DNA of 64,000 nt from Candidatus Omnitrophota bacterium (GTDB taxonomy: Bacteria > Omnitrophota > Gorgyraeia > Gygaellales > Profunditerraquicolaceae), in NCBI GenBank assembly GCA_028716965.1, contig JAQUOV010000004.1, positions 140,298-204,297 of the forward strand, in the 5' to 3' direction. This document shows positions 27,697 through 38,427 of this stretch, piece by piece. Below the pieces are notes generated by a model. The model searched no databases. It was not told the DNA's origin and was given only the letters and a program-made list of their open reading frames with translations. Each line of letters opens with the position of its first letter. Position 1 is the stretch's first letter. The position numbers and the translations under genes are program-made.

Positions 27697-28134
27697 ATGT
27701 TTTACGGTGAGTTCGAACATTCCATAGACCGTAAAGGCCGCCTGATTTTGCCTGCCAAATTTCGCGAAACCGCGAAGAACCAATTCGTTGAAAAATTCTT
27801 TGTTACCCGGGGTCTGGATAAATGCCTTTTTATGTTCTCCGAGGAGGAGTGGCGCTCCCAGGAAAATAAATTCAAGGGTTTGTCGTTTACCAAACAGCAG
27901 TCGCGTACTTTTAACCGCCTGCTTTTCAGCGGCGCGGTGGAGGTCTCTCCCGATAAACAGGGGAGAGTCTTGCTGCCCCAATACCTGAAAGATTTTGCCG
28001 ATATCAAGAGGGATGTGGTTATTGTCGGCGTTTCTAACCGCATAGAGATTTGGGCAAAAGACAAATGGCGTGATTTTTATTCAAACAGCCGGCAATCTTT
28101 CGAGGAGATTGCGGAAAAAATAATGGATGTTTAA
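27697..28134 (+). CDS. mraZ: Transcriptional regulator MraZ
   Basis: MFYGEFEHSIDRKGRLILPAKFRE start and duplicated SpoVT/AbrB-like halves. Confidence 0.9.
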   Translation: MFYGEFEHSIDRKGRLILPAKFRETAKNQFVEKFFVTRGLDKCLFMFSEEEWRSQENKFKGLSFTKQQSRTFNRLLFSGAVEVSPDKQGRVLLPQYLKDFADIKRDVVIVGVSNRIEIWAKDKWRDFYSNSRQSFEEIAEKIMDV

Positions 28135-29037
28135 GTGGTAGAAGAAAAGCTGCATATCCCAGTCATGTTGCGTGAAATTATAGATTATCTGGATCCAAAG
28201 CCCGGACAAATAATTGTAGATGCGACTCTCGGCACCGGCGGGCACGGATTTGAAATATTAAAAAAGATTGTTCCCGGCGGCCGGCTGGTGGGCATAGACC
28301 GTGATGAAGATTCGCTGGCTATTTGCCGTGAAAGGTTTAACGAATTTACCGGCAGCTACGAATTGGTGCATGCCAATTTTGTGGACCTGGATAAGGTCTT
28401 GGGGCATCTCGGCATAGGGCAGATAGGCGGGATACTGTTTGACCTGGGGATTTCTACGTATCAGCTTAAAGATGCAGAGAGGGGCTTTAGTTTCCAACAG
28501 GAAGGACCGCTGGATATGCGTTTGGATAAAAGCAGCTATATATCAGCCTATGATTTGGTGAATAACCTTAATGAAAACGAGATCTCCCATATGCTCTGGA
28601 GTTTTGGCCAGGAGCGCTGGCATAACCGCATCGCGCATTTGCTGGTTGAAGAACGCAGGAACCATCCTATTTCGACTACCAGTCAATTGGCGGATTTGGT
28701 GATGCGCGCTATTCCCTATAGATACCGCAGGAGTTATTATCGCATACATCCTGCTACGCGTACTTTTCAGGCCGTGCGTATTGCCGTAAACCGTGAATTG
28801 GAGATTTTGGAAAGCGCCATTAAAAAAGCAGTTGCAATCCTGGGGAAGAAAGCTAAGATATGTGTTATTTCTTTTCATTCATTAGAGGATCGGGTGGTAA
28901 AACATACGTTCCGTGCTCTTAAGGCTGACGGATTAATCGATATTATTACGGCAAAACCCATAACCCCTGCCGACGGGGAGGTAGAAGCCAACCCTTCCAG
29001 CCGCAGCAGTAAGCTCAGGGTAGCTGAAAGGATCTAG
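28135..29037 (+). CDS. rsmH: 16S rRNA (cytosine1402-N4)-methyltransferase RsmH
   Basis: HIPVML...GTGGH SAM-dependent methyltransferase motifs. Follows mraZ. Confidence 0.9.
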   Translation: MVEEKLHIPVMLREIIDYLDPKPGQIIVDATLGTGGHGFEILKKIVPGGRLVGIDRDEDSLAICRERFNEFTGSYELVHANFVDLDKVLGHLGIGQIGGILFDLGISTYQLKDAERGFSFQQEGPLDMRLDKSSYISAYDLVNNLNENEISHMLWSFGQERWHNRIAHLLVEERRNHPISTTSQLADLVMRAIPYRYRRSYYRIHPATRTFQAVRIAVNRELEILESAIKKAVAILGKKAKICVISFHSLEDRVVKHTFRALKADGLIDIITAKPITPADGEVEANPSSRSSKLRVAERI

Positions 29038-29042
29038 AGTAT

Positions 29043-29411
29043 ATGAAGATGACAAAATTTCTTTCCGTAACAATATTCGTTACTTCTTTTTGCGTACTTT
29101 ATGTTTATCAGCAGAGCGAGATTTTCCGCCTGGCCTACCTTGGCTCAAGAAGGCAGAATACTTATAATGAATTGTTTGATAAAAACACCGCCTTAAGTTA
29201 CAATATTAAGAAAAGTTCTTCTTTGGTAAATATCGGCAACCGGATAAGCCAGAGCCATGACTTCCAAATGCCGGACAAATACCGTTTTGTCAAGGTGGTG
29301 GCTTCTAAGGATGGGATTAAGCCGGTCAGTCAAAGCCAGGGCAGAGAAGGTTTACTGGCATCTATTTTTGGCCTGAAACAGGAAGCTCAAGCAAAGACAA
29401 TTAACCCCTAA
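29043..29411 (+). CDS. ftsL: Cell division protein FtsL-like
   Basis: 122 aa bitopic membrane protein between rsmH and ftsI. Confidence 0.6.
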   Translation: MKMTKFLSVTIFVTSFCVLYVYQQSEIFRLAYLGSRRQNTYNELFDKNTALSYNIKKSSSLVNIGNRISQSHDFQMPDKYRFVKVVASKDGIKPVSQSQGREGLLASIFGLKQEAQAKTINP

Positions 29412-29434
29412 TACTTATTATTCCTTAAAAAATA

Positions 29435-31138
29435 GTGTATATAAGCAACTATCGCCGAAGAAGCGAGGCGGTATTCCTGGTTTTCTTTATTTCTCTCCTG
29501 CTTTGCGTAGGGCGGCTTCTCTTCATCCAGTTTTTTCGTTCAAACTATTTATCTTCAATAGCCAGAAAACAGCATAACCAGTTTGTGGAATTAGAGCCCC
29601 GGCGCGGGACGATTTACGATTACAATCTCAAGGCGCAGGCATTTAATTTATCCATGGACTCCCTTTACGCCGAACCTAATGCCATTAAAGACGCAGACAA
29701 GGATAAGATAATAGAAAAGCTTTCGCCGATTATCGGCGCCGACAGTGATTACCTGCGGGAGAGGCTTTATCGCAAGAAAGCATTCATCTGGCTGGCGCGT
29801 AAGCTGACTGCGGATAAGTCCGAAGCAATAAGGGCGCTGAAGATCAAGGGGCTGGGATTTATAAAAGAGACTAAACGTATCTATCCTAACGGATATTTGG
29901 CCAGCCATATCATCGGCTTCAGCGGCATGGATAACGTAGGGCTGGAAGGCGTAGAAAGAGATTTTGATAATTACCTGAAAGGGGATGCCGGCTGGGCGAT
30001 CTTCCTGCGCGATGCCCGGCAAAAGAAACTGGATATCTGGGAAAAGATGGTTCTGCCCGTTGACGGCCTGGATTTAGTCTTGACCATTGATGAGGTTATC
30101 CAGTATATTGCCGAAAGGGAACTGGATAAGGCTTTTAAAAATTTTCATGCAAAAGGCGCCAGTATTATTGTGATGGACCCGCATACGGGAAGGATTCTGG
30201 CCATGGCCAGCCGGCCTAACTACGATTTAAATAATTATTCTTCCGTGAACAGGGAAGCTATGCGTAACCGCTCCATATGTGATTTGTTTGAACCCGGCTC
30301 GGTGTTTAAAATAGTTACCGCCTCTGCCGCGTTAGAAGAAAAAAAGGTTACAGAAGAAGATAAGATCTTTTGTGAAAATGGGGCTTACCGGGTAGGGGGG
30401 CACATCCTGCATGACCATCGGCCTCACGGCACGCTTACCTTCCGGCAGGTGATCGAAGAATCAAGTAATATCGGCACGGTAAAAGTCGCGCAGCTTTTGG
30501 GCCCGGATACGGTTTATCGGTATTTGAAGGATTTTGGTTTTGGTTCAAAGCTGGGTATTGATATTTCAGGCGAGATCTCGGGTATGATCAAGGCGCCCCG
30601 GGCATGGTCTAAGACCTCTATTTCAGCTATCCCCATCGGACAGGAGGTGGGGGTTACTGCTTTACAATTAGTCAGCGCAATCTCCGTAATCGCTAACGGC
30701 GGGCAACTGATGAGGCCGTATATTATTGATTCCATCCGTGATAAACAGGGCCGGGTAATTAAACAGAATAAACCGGTATTGATACGTAAAGTAATCTCAG
30801 TGGATACGGCAATGCGCATAAGAAAGATCCTTACCGGGGCTGTGGAAGAAGGGACCGGTAAGCTGGCTAAGGTTTCCGGGTTTAGCGCCGCCGGAAAAAC
30901 CGGTACCGCCCAGAAGCTTGAGCCAAACGGTACGTATTCACACAGTAAGTTTATCGCTTCCTTTATCGGTTTTGCTCCGGCGGAAGAACCTCTGCTGGCA
31001 ATTGTGGTGACAGTGGATGAGCCTTATCCGTATTATTTCGGCGGGGTAGTGGCAGCCCCGGTTTTCCAAAAAGTCGCAGGTGATGCCATCCGCTATATCA
31101 AAGGGAATGAAATACCTGTCGGGGTAATGGCACGATGA
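29435..31138 (+). CDS. ftsI: Peptidoglycan D,D-transpeptidase FtsI (PBP3)
   Basis: PBP dimerisation and transpeptidase domains with SxxK (SVFK), SxN and KTG(T) motifs. Confidence 0.9.
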   Translation: MYISNYRRRSEAVFLVFFISLLLCVGRLLFIQFFRSNYLSSIARKQHNQFVELEPRRGTIYDYNLKAQAFNLSMDSLYAEPNAIKDADKDKIIEKLSPIIGADSDYLRERLYRKKAFIWLARKLTADKSEAIRALKIKGLGFIKETKRIYPNGYLASHIIGFSGMDNVGLEGVERDFDNYLKGDAGWAIFLRDARQKKLDIWEKMVLPVDGLDLVLTIDEVIQYIAERELDKAFKNFHAKGASIIVMDPHTGRILAMASRPNYDLNNYSSVNREAMRNRSICDLFEPGSVFKIVTASAALEEKKVTEEDKIFCENGAYRVGGHILHDHRPHGTLTFRQVIEESSNIGTVKVAQLLGPDTVYRYLKDFGFGSKLGIDISGEISGMIKAPRAWSKTSISAIPIGQEVGVTALQLVSAISVIANGGQLMRPYIIDSIRDKQGRVIKQNKPVLIRKVISVDTAMRIRKILTGAVEEGTGKLAKVSGFSAAGKTGTAQKLEPNGTYSHSKFIASFIGFAPAEEPLLAIVVTVDEPYPYYFGGVVAAPVFQKVAGDAIRYIKGNEIPVGVMAR

Positions 31139-32550
31139 AGATCGCAGGCATGAAAATTAAAGGGATAAGTTGCAATTCTAAAGCCGTAAAAGATGATTTT
31201 GTCTTTGTGGCTATAAAAGGCAACCGCCTGGATGGCAGTTGTTATATTAAAGAAGCGCTGGCCAAAGGTGCAAGTGTAGTGGTCGCAGATGGGAAGATCC
31301 CAAGGATAAGAATACCTAAAGATGTAAAGCTGCTTGTGGTAAAAGATTGCCGTAAATTCCTGGCAGAGGCTTCTTCCGGATTCTATGGGCATCCTTCCGA
31401 TAGCCTTAAGGTTATCGGTATTACCGGCACTAACGGTAAGACAACCATCTCGTATTTAATCGAGGCCATAGCCGCTCAATCAGGGCATGGCTGCGGCGTA
31501 ATCGGCACGATTAATTACCGTTTTAAAGGCAGGGAGTTTTCCGCTAAGAATACAACGCCCGGACCGGTAGAGCTGCAGGAGCTGCTTGCAAAAATGCGTG
31601 CGCAGCGGACTAAGTACTGCGCGATGGAGGTTTCCTCGCATGCCCTGGACCAGGAAAGGGTTGCAGGTATAAATTTTAGCCACGCTGTTTTCACCAACCT
31701 TACCCAGGACCATCTGGATTACCATAAGAAGATGGAAAGTTATTTTCAGGCAAAGCTTAAGCTTTTTCGCAGCCTGCCCGAGTCAGGAGTTGCAATAATC
31801 AACAATGACGATAAATATGGCCGCAGGATCAAACAGTCAATCCGTTGCCGCCTGATAAGCTATGGAATAAAGAATAAGTCAACGGTTATGGCCAAAAAGA
31901 TAGATTCCGGGATAGAAGGGACTAATTTCTCCCTGGTTGCCCCGGGGATAAACACGAGGATTAAGACAAGGCTGATCGGTTTGTACAATGTTTATAATAT
32001 ACTGGCAGCTGTCTCCTGGGGTATAAGCGAAGGTTTACGCCTTAAAGATATTAAATCCGCAATTGATAAATTCAAGAATGTGCCTGGAAGGCTGGAGAGG
32101 CTTGAGAGTAAGGAAGGGTATAATATCTTTGTGGATTACGCGCATACGCCGGATGCGTTATTTAATGTTATCAGCGCCTTGAGGCCTTTAGTTGCGGGCA
32201 GGATGATTGTGATCTTTGGCTGCGGGGGAGAAAGGGATAAACTTAAGCGTCCGAAGATGGGGAAGATTGTAACAGGCCTTGCGGATTATGCCATTATTAC
32301 CAGCGATAACCCGCGCTCCGAAGAACCTTTGCGCATAATCAGCGATATCCGCGGCGGTATACGCAAGAATAATTATTGCGTAATTCCGGACAGATTTAAA
32401 GCCATAAAGACAGGTTTGAAAATGGTCAAAAGCGGCGATTGCCTGCTTATCGCCGGTAAAGGGCATGAAGAGTATCAGGTATTAAAAAACAGAATTTTAC
32501 ATTTTAGCGACAGGAAGGTAGTGCAAGAGTGTTTACGCTCAAAGAAATAA
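31135..32550 (+). CDS. murE: UDP-N-acetylmuramoyl-L-alanyl-D-glutamate--2,6-diaminopimelate ligase
   Basis: Mur ligase domains with GTNGKTT P-loop and a DNPR motif. Confidence 0.9.
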   Translation: MKIAGMKIKGISCNSKAVKDDFVFVAIKGNRLDGSCYIKEALAKGASVVVADGKIPRIRIPKDVKLLVVKDCRKFLAEASSGFYGHPSDSLKVIGITGTNGKTTISYLIEAIAAQSGHGCGVIGTINYRFKGREFSAKNTTPGPVELQELLAKMRAQRTKYCAMEVSSHALDQERVAGINFSHAVFTNLTQDHLDYHKKMESYFQAKLKLFRSLPESGVAIINNDDKYGRRIKQSIRCRLISYGIKNKSTVMAKKIDSGIEGTNFSLVAPGINTRIKTRLIGLYNVYNILAAVSWGISEGLRLKDIKSAIDKFKNVPGRLERLESKEGYNIFVDYAHTPDALFNVISALRPLVAGRMIVIFGCGGERDKLKRPKMGKIVTGLADYAIITSDNPRSEEPLRIISDIRGGIRKNNYCVIPDRFKAIKTGLKMVKSGDCLLIAGKGHEEYQVLKNRILHFSDRKVVQECLRSKK

Positions 32551-33890
32551 TTAAAGCCACGGAGGGCAAACTTATCCAGGGTAACCTGCAGGATAAGCCG
32601 GTAGGCATCTCCACTGATTCAAGGAGGATAAGTCCGAAGGAGGCGTTTTTGGCCCTGAAAGGGGATAATTATGATGGGCATAATTTTATTCCCGCAGCTC
32701 TAAAAGCAGGGGCAGTTTGCGTTATTGCCGAGAAGGTATCCGGTTTGCATGCCCCTAAGAATACAGCGCTTATCCGGGTAAAAGACACAGCTTTGGCCTT
32801 AGGCGACCTTGCCCGTTTCAGGCGGCAGGGATTCAGTAACCCGGTTATTGCCGTCTCCGGATCAAACGGTAAAACTACCACTAAAGATATGATCGCCTGG
32901 GTCCTGTCGGAAAATTACAGGGTATTGAAAAATGAAGGCACGCAAAATAACCAGGTCGGGCTGCCCCAGACATTAATCAAACTTAAGCAAGAGGATGATT
33001 TTGCGGTAGTTGAAATCGGCACCAACCATTTTGGAGAGGTAAATTATCTGGCCGAAATTGCCCGTGCGAATATCGGCATACTTACCAATATCGGGCCGTC
33101 TCACCTGGAATTCCTGAAGGATTTAAAAGGGGTATTAAAAGAAAAGTCGGACTTGTTAAATAACCTGGTTCATCCGGCAATAGCCCTGCTTAATAGCGAC
33201 GACCAATATCTGCGGGGTTTGATTAATCGTAAAAATAAGTGCCGGCATATGTTTAGCTATGGCACTAAAATGAAAAGCGATTTTTTCGCCACCGGCATTA
33301 GATTAGAGGAAGGGAGATTAAAGTTTAAGGTCAACCGGAAGAAGGATTTCGTATTATCTACGCTGGGCATGCACAATGTTTACAATGCCCTTGCCGCCAT
33401 TGCCGCCGGGCGCATACTCGGCCTGGGGCTGGGCGATATGGCCCGCAGGTTAGCGGATTTTGATTTTCCTAAAGGCAGGCTTAAACTTATTGAGGTTAAC
33501 GGGCTTAGATTTATAGACGATACTTATAATTCCAACCCGCTTTCTCTCAAGAATGCCCTTAATGCCCTGGGTGCCGTGGAGTGTAAAGGTAAAAAGATCC
33601 TGATTATGGGGGACATGCTTGAGTTGGGCAGGCAAAAAGAATTATTGCATAGGCAGGTTGCTGGTAGTATAACTAATATATGCGATGTGCTGGTTGCGGT
33701 GGGTAATTTAGCGGGGATAACTGCCCGCTCAGCCAAGGCGCGCGGTTTTAAAGGCCGGGATATATATTGTTGTGCTTCTCCCCGGCAGGCCCGCGAGCTG
33801 TTATTCCATAAGTTATCTGCCGGTTCAAAAGATATCATCCTGGTAAAAGGCTCCCGTTCGATGAAAATGGAAGAGGTTTTTAAAGTTTAA
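32529..33890 (+). CDS. murF: UDP-N-acetylmuramoyl-tripeptide--D-alanyl-D-alanine ligase
   Basis: Mur ligase family with GSNGKTTTK P-loop. Confidence 0.9.
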   Translation: MFTLKEIIKATEGKLIQGNLQDKPVGISTDSRRISPKEAFLALKGDNYDGHNFIPAALKAGAVCVIAEKVSGLHAPKNTALIRVKDTALALGDLARFRRQGFSNPVIAVSGSNGKTTTKDMIAWVLSENYRVLKNEGTQNNQVGLPQTLIKLKQEDDFAVVEIGTNHFGEVNYLAEIARANIGILTNIGPSHLEFLKDLKGVLKEKSDLLNNLVHPAIALLNSDDQYLRGLINRKNKCRHMFSYGTKMKSDFFATGIRLEEGRLKFKVNRKKDFVLSTLGMHNVYNALAAIAAGRILGLGLGDMARRLADFDFPKGRLKLIEVNGLRFIDDTYNSNPLSLKNALNALGAVECKGKKILIMGDMLELGRQKELLHRQVAGSITNICDVLVAVGNLAGITARSAKARGFKGRDIYCCASPRQARELLFHKLSAGSKDIILVKGSRSMKMEEVFKV

Positions 33891-34978
33891 TGTTTTACCA
33901 CCTGCTTTATCCTCTAAGAGATTTTATTTCCGCTTTTAATGTCTTCCGCTATATCACCTTCCGGGCGGCAATGGCCGCTTTAACCGCATTTATACTAAGC
34001 CTTATATTTGGGCCTGTGCTTATCAGGAAATTAAAAACACTTAAGCTCGGGGAGAAGATTAACAAGGCCGACAGCGTTAAGCTTGATGACCTGCACCGTC
34101 ATAAACAGAATACGCCGACGATGGGGGGGATCCTTATACTGGGTACGGTTATAATCTCAACCCTGCTTTGGGCAGATATTTCCAATCATTGCATCTGGAT
34201 TGTTTTATTCAGTACCGTCTGGCTGGGCTTAACCGGGTTCTTTGACGATTATTTAAAGCAGATAAAGAAGAAGGCAGACGGATTGCCGCCAATAGTAAAA
34301 CTCTCAAGCCAGATTATCTTAGGTTTGATACTGGGGATTATCCTTATTCTGGACAGCCAGTATAATGTCAAGCTGGAGATACCTTTTTTAAAGGCAGTTA
34401 ACCTGGATTTGGACGGTTTATATATCCTGTTTGTTATACTGGTGATCGCCGGTTCCTCCAATGCCGTAAATCTTACCGATGGGCTTGACGGCCTGGCTAT
34501 CGGTATTGTAGTGATGGTAGGTATTGCCTTCAGCGTGCTTTGTTACATATCCGGGAACATAAACTTAAGCAATTATCTATTGGTTTCTTACGTTAAAGGC
34601 GCCGGGGAGCTGACTATTTTCTGCGCAAGTATTATTGGTGCCGGCTTGGGTTTTTTATGGTTTAACTGTTACCCTGCCTCAGTCTTTATGGGGGATGTCG
34701 GATCACTGGCTTTAGGCGGGGCTATAGGCACGGTAGCCCTGTTGATTAAGAAAGAAATGCTGCTGATAATCGTAGGAGGTATATTTGTCCTGGAGGCATT
34801 CTCCGTTATCCTGCAGGTGGGTTGTTTTAAACTGACCAAGAAGCGTATTTTTAAAATTGCGCCATTACACCATCATTTCCAGTTTTTGGACTGGCCTGAA
34901 AATAAGGTAATCGTCAGGTTTTGGATTATCGCCGGATTGCTTGCCATGTTTACCTTAGTTACCCTGAAGCTCAGGTAG
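33890..34978 (+). CDS. mraY: Phospho-N-acetylmuramoyl-pentapeptide transferase
   Basis: Polytopic membrane protein with NAVNLTDGLDGLA and other MraY motifs. Confidence 0.95.
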   Translation: MFYHLLYPLRDFISAFNVFRYITFRAAMAALTAFILSLIFGPVLIRKLKTLKLGEKINKADSVKLDDLHRHKQNTPTMGGILILGTVIISTLLWADISNHCIWIVLFSTVWLGLTGFFDDYLKQIKKKADGLPPIVKLSSQIILGLILGIILILDSQYNVKLEIPFLKAVNLDLDGLYILFVILVIAGSSNAVNLTDGLDGLAIGIVVMVGIAFSVLCYISGNINLSNYLLVSYVKGAGELTIFCASIIGAGLGFLWFNCYPASVFMGDVGSLALGGAIGTVALLIKKEMLLIIVGGIFVLEAFSVILQVGCFKLTKKRIFKIAPLHHHFQFLDWPENKVIVRFWIIAGLLAMFTLVTLKLR

Positions 34979-34983
34979 GTTTT

Positions 34984-36261
34984 ATGAACAATACCAAATA
35001 CTTCAAAGGTAAGAATATTACTGTTGTGGGTTTGGCCCGCTCCGGCCTTGCCTGCGCTAATTTATTGCACAGCCTGGGCGCCTGCGTGCGAGTTACGGAT
35101 ATAAACGACAATACCCAAACCAGGGAGTCTGCCGCCGGGCTTTCTTCTAAAGGTATACCCGTTGAGCTTGGGTTGCACAGCGAGGATTTTATCAGGCAGG
35201 CGGAGCTGGTAGTCATTTCTCCCGGGGTGCCTCTTTGCGCGCAGCCGGTGATCTGGGCCAAGGAATTTTCCCGGCCGCTGATAAGTGAAATTGAGTTGGC
35301 AAGCATGCTTTGCCCGGCAGAGATTATTGCCGTAAGCGGTTCTAACGGGAAAACCACGGTCACCACTTTAATCGGCAAGGTCCTGGCGGAATCCGGGAAG
35401 AGGGTTTTTGTGTGCGGCAATATCGGCAACCCGTTTTGCGCGGAGGTAGAAAGAATTAAGCAGGGTGATTTTGTTGTACTTGAGGTAAGTTCGTTCCAGC
35501 TTGAGACGATCAGGGATTTTAAGCCGAAGATCGCAGTGATCCTGAATTTAACGCCCAATCATTTAGACCGCTATAATAATATGCAGGAGTACTTGAATGC
35601 GAAAAAGCGTATCTTTATTAACCAGGACGATAACGACTACCTGGTTTTAAACGCTGACGACCCTTTTTTAGATGCCGCTTCCCTTGGGGCCAAGTCAAAG
35701 ATTGTTTTCTTTAATAAAACAGGGGCCTTCAATCCAAATCAGAACGCGGTAATGGCAGTGGGCAAAATCTTAGGGGTTAAAGCGGAAGATATGCTTGGCG
35801 TTTTTCAGAAGTTCAAAGGTATCCAGCACCGTATGGAGGAGGTAGCGCAGATAAACGGCGTAAGATTTATTAATGATTCCAAGGCCACTACCGCGGATTC
35901 GGCGATCTGGGCGATCAAGAATATTGCCTCCCCCATAATTCTTATAGCCGGAGGCAGGCATAAAGGGATCGCTTACAGCGTGATACTGGAAGCGGCAAGG
36001 AATAAGGTTAAAAAGGCGTTTTTGATCGGCGAGGCCAGGGATATAATTGCCGCTGCTCTTGAGGCAGATTTACCGGTAGAGAAAACAGACAATTTAAATA
36101 TAGCCGTAAAGAAGGCTTATGAACAGGCTGCGCCGGGAGACTGCGTGTTATTCTCTCCCATGTGCTCAAGTTATGATATGTTCAAGGATTATGCGCAGCG
36201 GGGAGAGGCTTTCAAAAAAATGGTATTGGATTTAAGTAAAGGGGCCAGGCCGCATGATTAG
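34984..36261 (+). CDS. murD: UDP-N-acetylmuramoylalanine--D-glutamate ligase
   Basis: GLARSG Rossmann motif and GSNGKTT P-loop. Start placed at the ATG (MNNTKYF) within the longer ORF 34921..36261. Confidence 0.9.
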   Translation: MNNTKYFKGKNITVVGLARSGLACANLLHSLGACVRVTDINDNTQTRESAAGLSSKGIPVELGLHSEDFIRQAELVVISPGVPLCAQPVIWAKEFSRPLISEIELASMLCPAEIIAVSGSNGKTTVTTLIGKVLAESGKRVFVCGNIGNPFCAEVERIKQGDFVVLEVSSFQLETIRDFKPKIAVILNLTPNHLDRYNNMQEYLNAKKRIFINQDDNDYLVLNADDPFLDAASLGAKSKIVFFNKTGAFNPNQNAVMAVGKILGVKAEDMLGVFQKFKGIQHRMEEVAQINGVRFINDSKATTADSAIWAIKNIASPIILIAGGRHKGIAYSVILEAARNKVKKAFLIGEARDIIAAALEADLPVEKTDNLNIAVKKAYEQAAPGDCVLFSPMCSSYDMFKDYAQRGEAFKKMVLDLSKGARPHD

Positions 36262-37348
36262 GAGGACACGCATAAATTTGATTACTATCTCAACCGTGCT
36301 TGTCTGTGTTGGGATAGTAATGATTTACAGTTCTTCCAGTATTTATGCCTGGGAGAGATACGGAGACAGTTTTTATTTCCTGAAGCGGCATTTAGCCTTC
36401 CTGGTGGTAGGGTTGGTATTTACATTTCTGGCGATGGTCATTGACTACCGCTTATTCCGCAGGCACGCCCGCCTCATGTTCTGGGTTGCTTTCGCCTTGC
36501 TGGTATTAGTGCTTATCCCGGGATTGGGCAGGGAGGTCTCGGGCGCAAGGCGCTGGTTCAGGTTTAAATTCATCAGTTTTCAGCCTTCAGAATTTGCTAA
36601 TTTGGCGCTGGTTATTTATATAGCTGATTTTGTCTGCCGGAAAGGGGAACAGATTAAGACGCTGTTTAAAGGTTTTATCCCGCCGATATGCGCGCTGGGG
36701 TCAGTCTCTTTGCTCATACTCTTGCAGCCGGATTTGGGCACGACTATTGCTTTGGGCAGCGTAGTCCTGATTATGCTTTATATCGCCGGCGTAAGGGTGC
36801 AGTATATTTTAAGCCTGATACTCTGCAGCCTGCCGATGGTTTATCTCTTGATTTTCAGCGTGCCTTACCGCCGGGCCAGGATCCTGGCATTTCTAAACCC
36901 GTGGCTTGACCCTAAAGGCAGCGGTTTCCAGATCATCCAATCGCAAATTGCCATCGGTTCAGGCGGTTTATTCGGAGTAGGATTGGGCCATTCCCAGCAG
37001 AAGCTTTTTTATCTCCCCGCCGCGCATACCGATTTTATTTTCTCAATTATCGGCGAAGAGCTCGGCTTGTTCGGCACTCTTGGGATAATTGCGTTGTTTA
37101 TGATTTTTATCCGCCAGGGGCTTAGGATTATGAAAAACGCCCAGGATAAATTTGGATATTTTCTTGCCCTGGGGCTGGTTTTGATGATTTCTCTTAAGGC
37201 GATCGTCAATATCGGCGTCTCCTGCGGGGTTTTTCCGACTAAGGGGCTGCCTCTGCCGTTTATCAGCTACGGAGGTTCTTCGCTGATATTTGACATGGTC
37301 AGCTTAGGCATATTGATTAACATCGCCCGTTCCGGAGAATACCCATAA
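36254..37348 (+). CDS. ftsW: Peptidoglycan glycosyltransferase FtsW (SEDS family)
   Basis: Polytopic SEDS protein within the dcw cluster. Confidence 0.85.
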   Translation: MIRRTRINLITISTVLVCVGIVMIYSSSSIYAWERYGDSFYFLKRHLAFLVVGLVFTFLAMVIDYRLFRRHARLMFWVAFALLVLVLIPGLGREVSGARRWFRFKFISFQPSEFANLALVIYIADFVCRKGEQIKTLFKGFIPPICALGSVSLLILLQPDLGTTIALGSVVLIMLYIAGVRVQYILSLILCSLPMVYLLIFSVPYRRARILAFLNPWLDPKGSGFQIIQSQIAIGSGGLFGVGLGHSQQKLFYLPAAHTDFIFSIIGEELGLFGTLGIIALFMIFIRQGLRIMKNAQDKFGYFLALGLVLMISLKAIVNIGVSCGVFPTKGLPLPFISYGGSSLIFDMVSLGILINIARSGEYP

Positions 37349-38427
37349 TGCGTGTTTTACTGGTTACCGGCTCAAGCGGAGGGCATATCTTCCCCGCAAT
37401 GGCTTTAATGGAGCGCCTTAAGGCTGCTTGTGCCGATGTGCTGATGGTCTTGCCAAAAAAGAATAGCGGGAGTAAAATTGCAAGCGGACCGGAAAAGGTA
37501 AAATATATCCACGGCTCCAAGTTGGGTTTAAAATCAGGCAGCAAGAATATAATCGGCGCGTATTTTTTCCTTTTGGGGGCCTGGGAAGGCTTGCGCGCTA
37601 TAATTGCATTCAGGCCAGATGTTGTCGTTGGTTTCGGCAGCTTAGATACGGTTGCTTTGTTGTTTTGGGCATGGCTATTCAGGATAAAGACCGTAATCCA
37701 CGAACAGAATGTCTCACCCGGCAGGGCAAACCGGCTATTGGCTAAATTTGCGGACAAGGTGGCGGTATCATTTGCTCAAACGGGCGATTATTTCAATGTT
37801 TCTCCGGGGAAGATTGTTTTAACCGGTAATCCTCTGCGTAAAGGATTAGTCAGGACAGACAGGAAGCAGGCCCTGGATTTCTTTGGTTTCAAAGAAGGAA
37901 AATTTAACATACTGGTTATGGGCGGCAGCCAGGGCTCGCATAAATTAAATACTGTTTGTTCTGCGGCGCTATCTGGTTATCAGAAAAGAGATGATTTGCA
38001 GCTGGTGCATATTGCCGGGGATATGGACTTTGCGATGTTAAAACAGGCTTATGCGCAAGCCGGCATCGCGCATAAAGTTTTCAGTTTCTTCCCTGATATG
38101 CAGTATGCTTACAGTATGGCGGACCTGGTAATCTGCCGCGCGGGAGCGACCACGATTGCCGAGCTGGGGAGATTCGCAGTGCCTGCTTTATTAATCCCGT
38201 ACCCTTATGCCTACGCGCATCAGTTAGAAAACGCAAAGGTGCTTGAGGAGTCGGGTGCAGCTTTGATTGTCAGGGATGAGGAACTGTGCGTTGATAAAAT
38301 AGGATGCAGCATACGTAAGCTTATGGCTGAGCCCCAGAAATTAGAAGCCATGCGCCAGGCACATTCCCGCGCACAGCTTAAAGACGCCGCTTGCCTGCTT
38401 GCCGAGGAAGTCTTAAATTTGAATTGA
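37348..38427 (+). CDS. murG: UDP-N-acetylglucosamine--N-acetylmuramyl-(pentapeptide) pyrophosphoryl-undecaprenol N-acetylglucosamine transferase
   Basis: GT28 family with GGSxG and GGS glycine motifs. Confidence 0.9.
   Translation: MRVLLVTGSSGGHIFPAMALMERLKAACADVLMVLPKKNSGSKIASGPEKVKYIHGSKLGLKSGSKNIIGAYFFLLGAWEGLRAIIAFRPDVVVGFGSLDTVALLFWAWLFRIKTVIHEQNVSPGRANRLLAKFADKVAVSFAQTGDYFNVSPGKIVLTGNPLRKGLVRTDRKQALDFFGFKEGKFNILVMGGSQGSHKLNTVCSAALSGYQKRDDLQLVHIAGDMDFAMLKQAYAQAGIAHKVFSFFPDMQYAYSMADLVICRAGATTIAELGRFAVPALLIPYPYAYAHQLENAKVLEESGAALIVRDEELCVDKIGCSIRKLMAEPQKLEAMRQAHSRAQLKDAACLLAEEVLNLN

Noticed and set aside
34971-35558. 195-aa minus-strand ORF
   Set aside because: Antisense to murD, with no start or RBS context. 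Shadow ORF.
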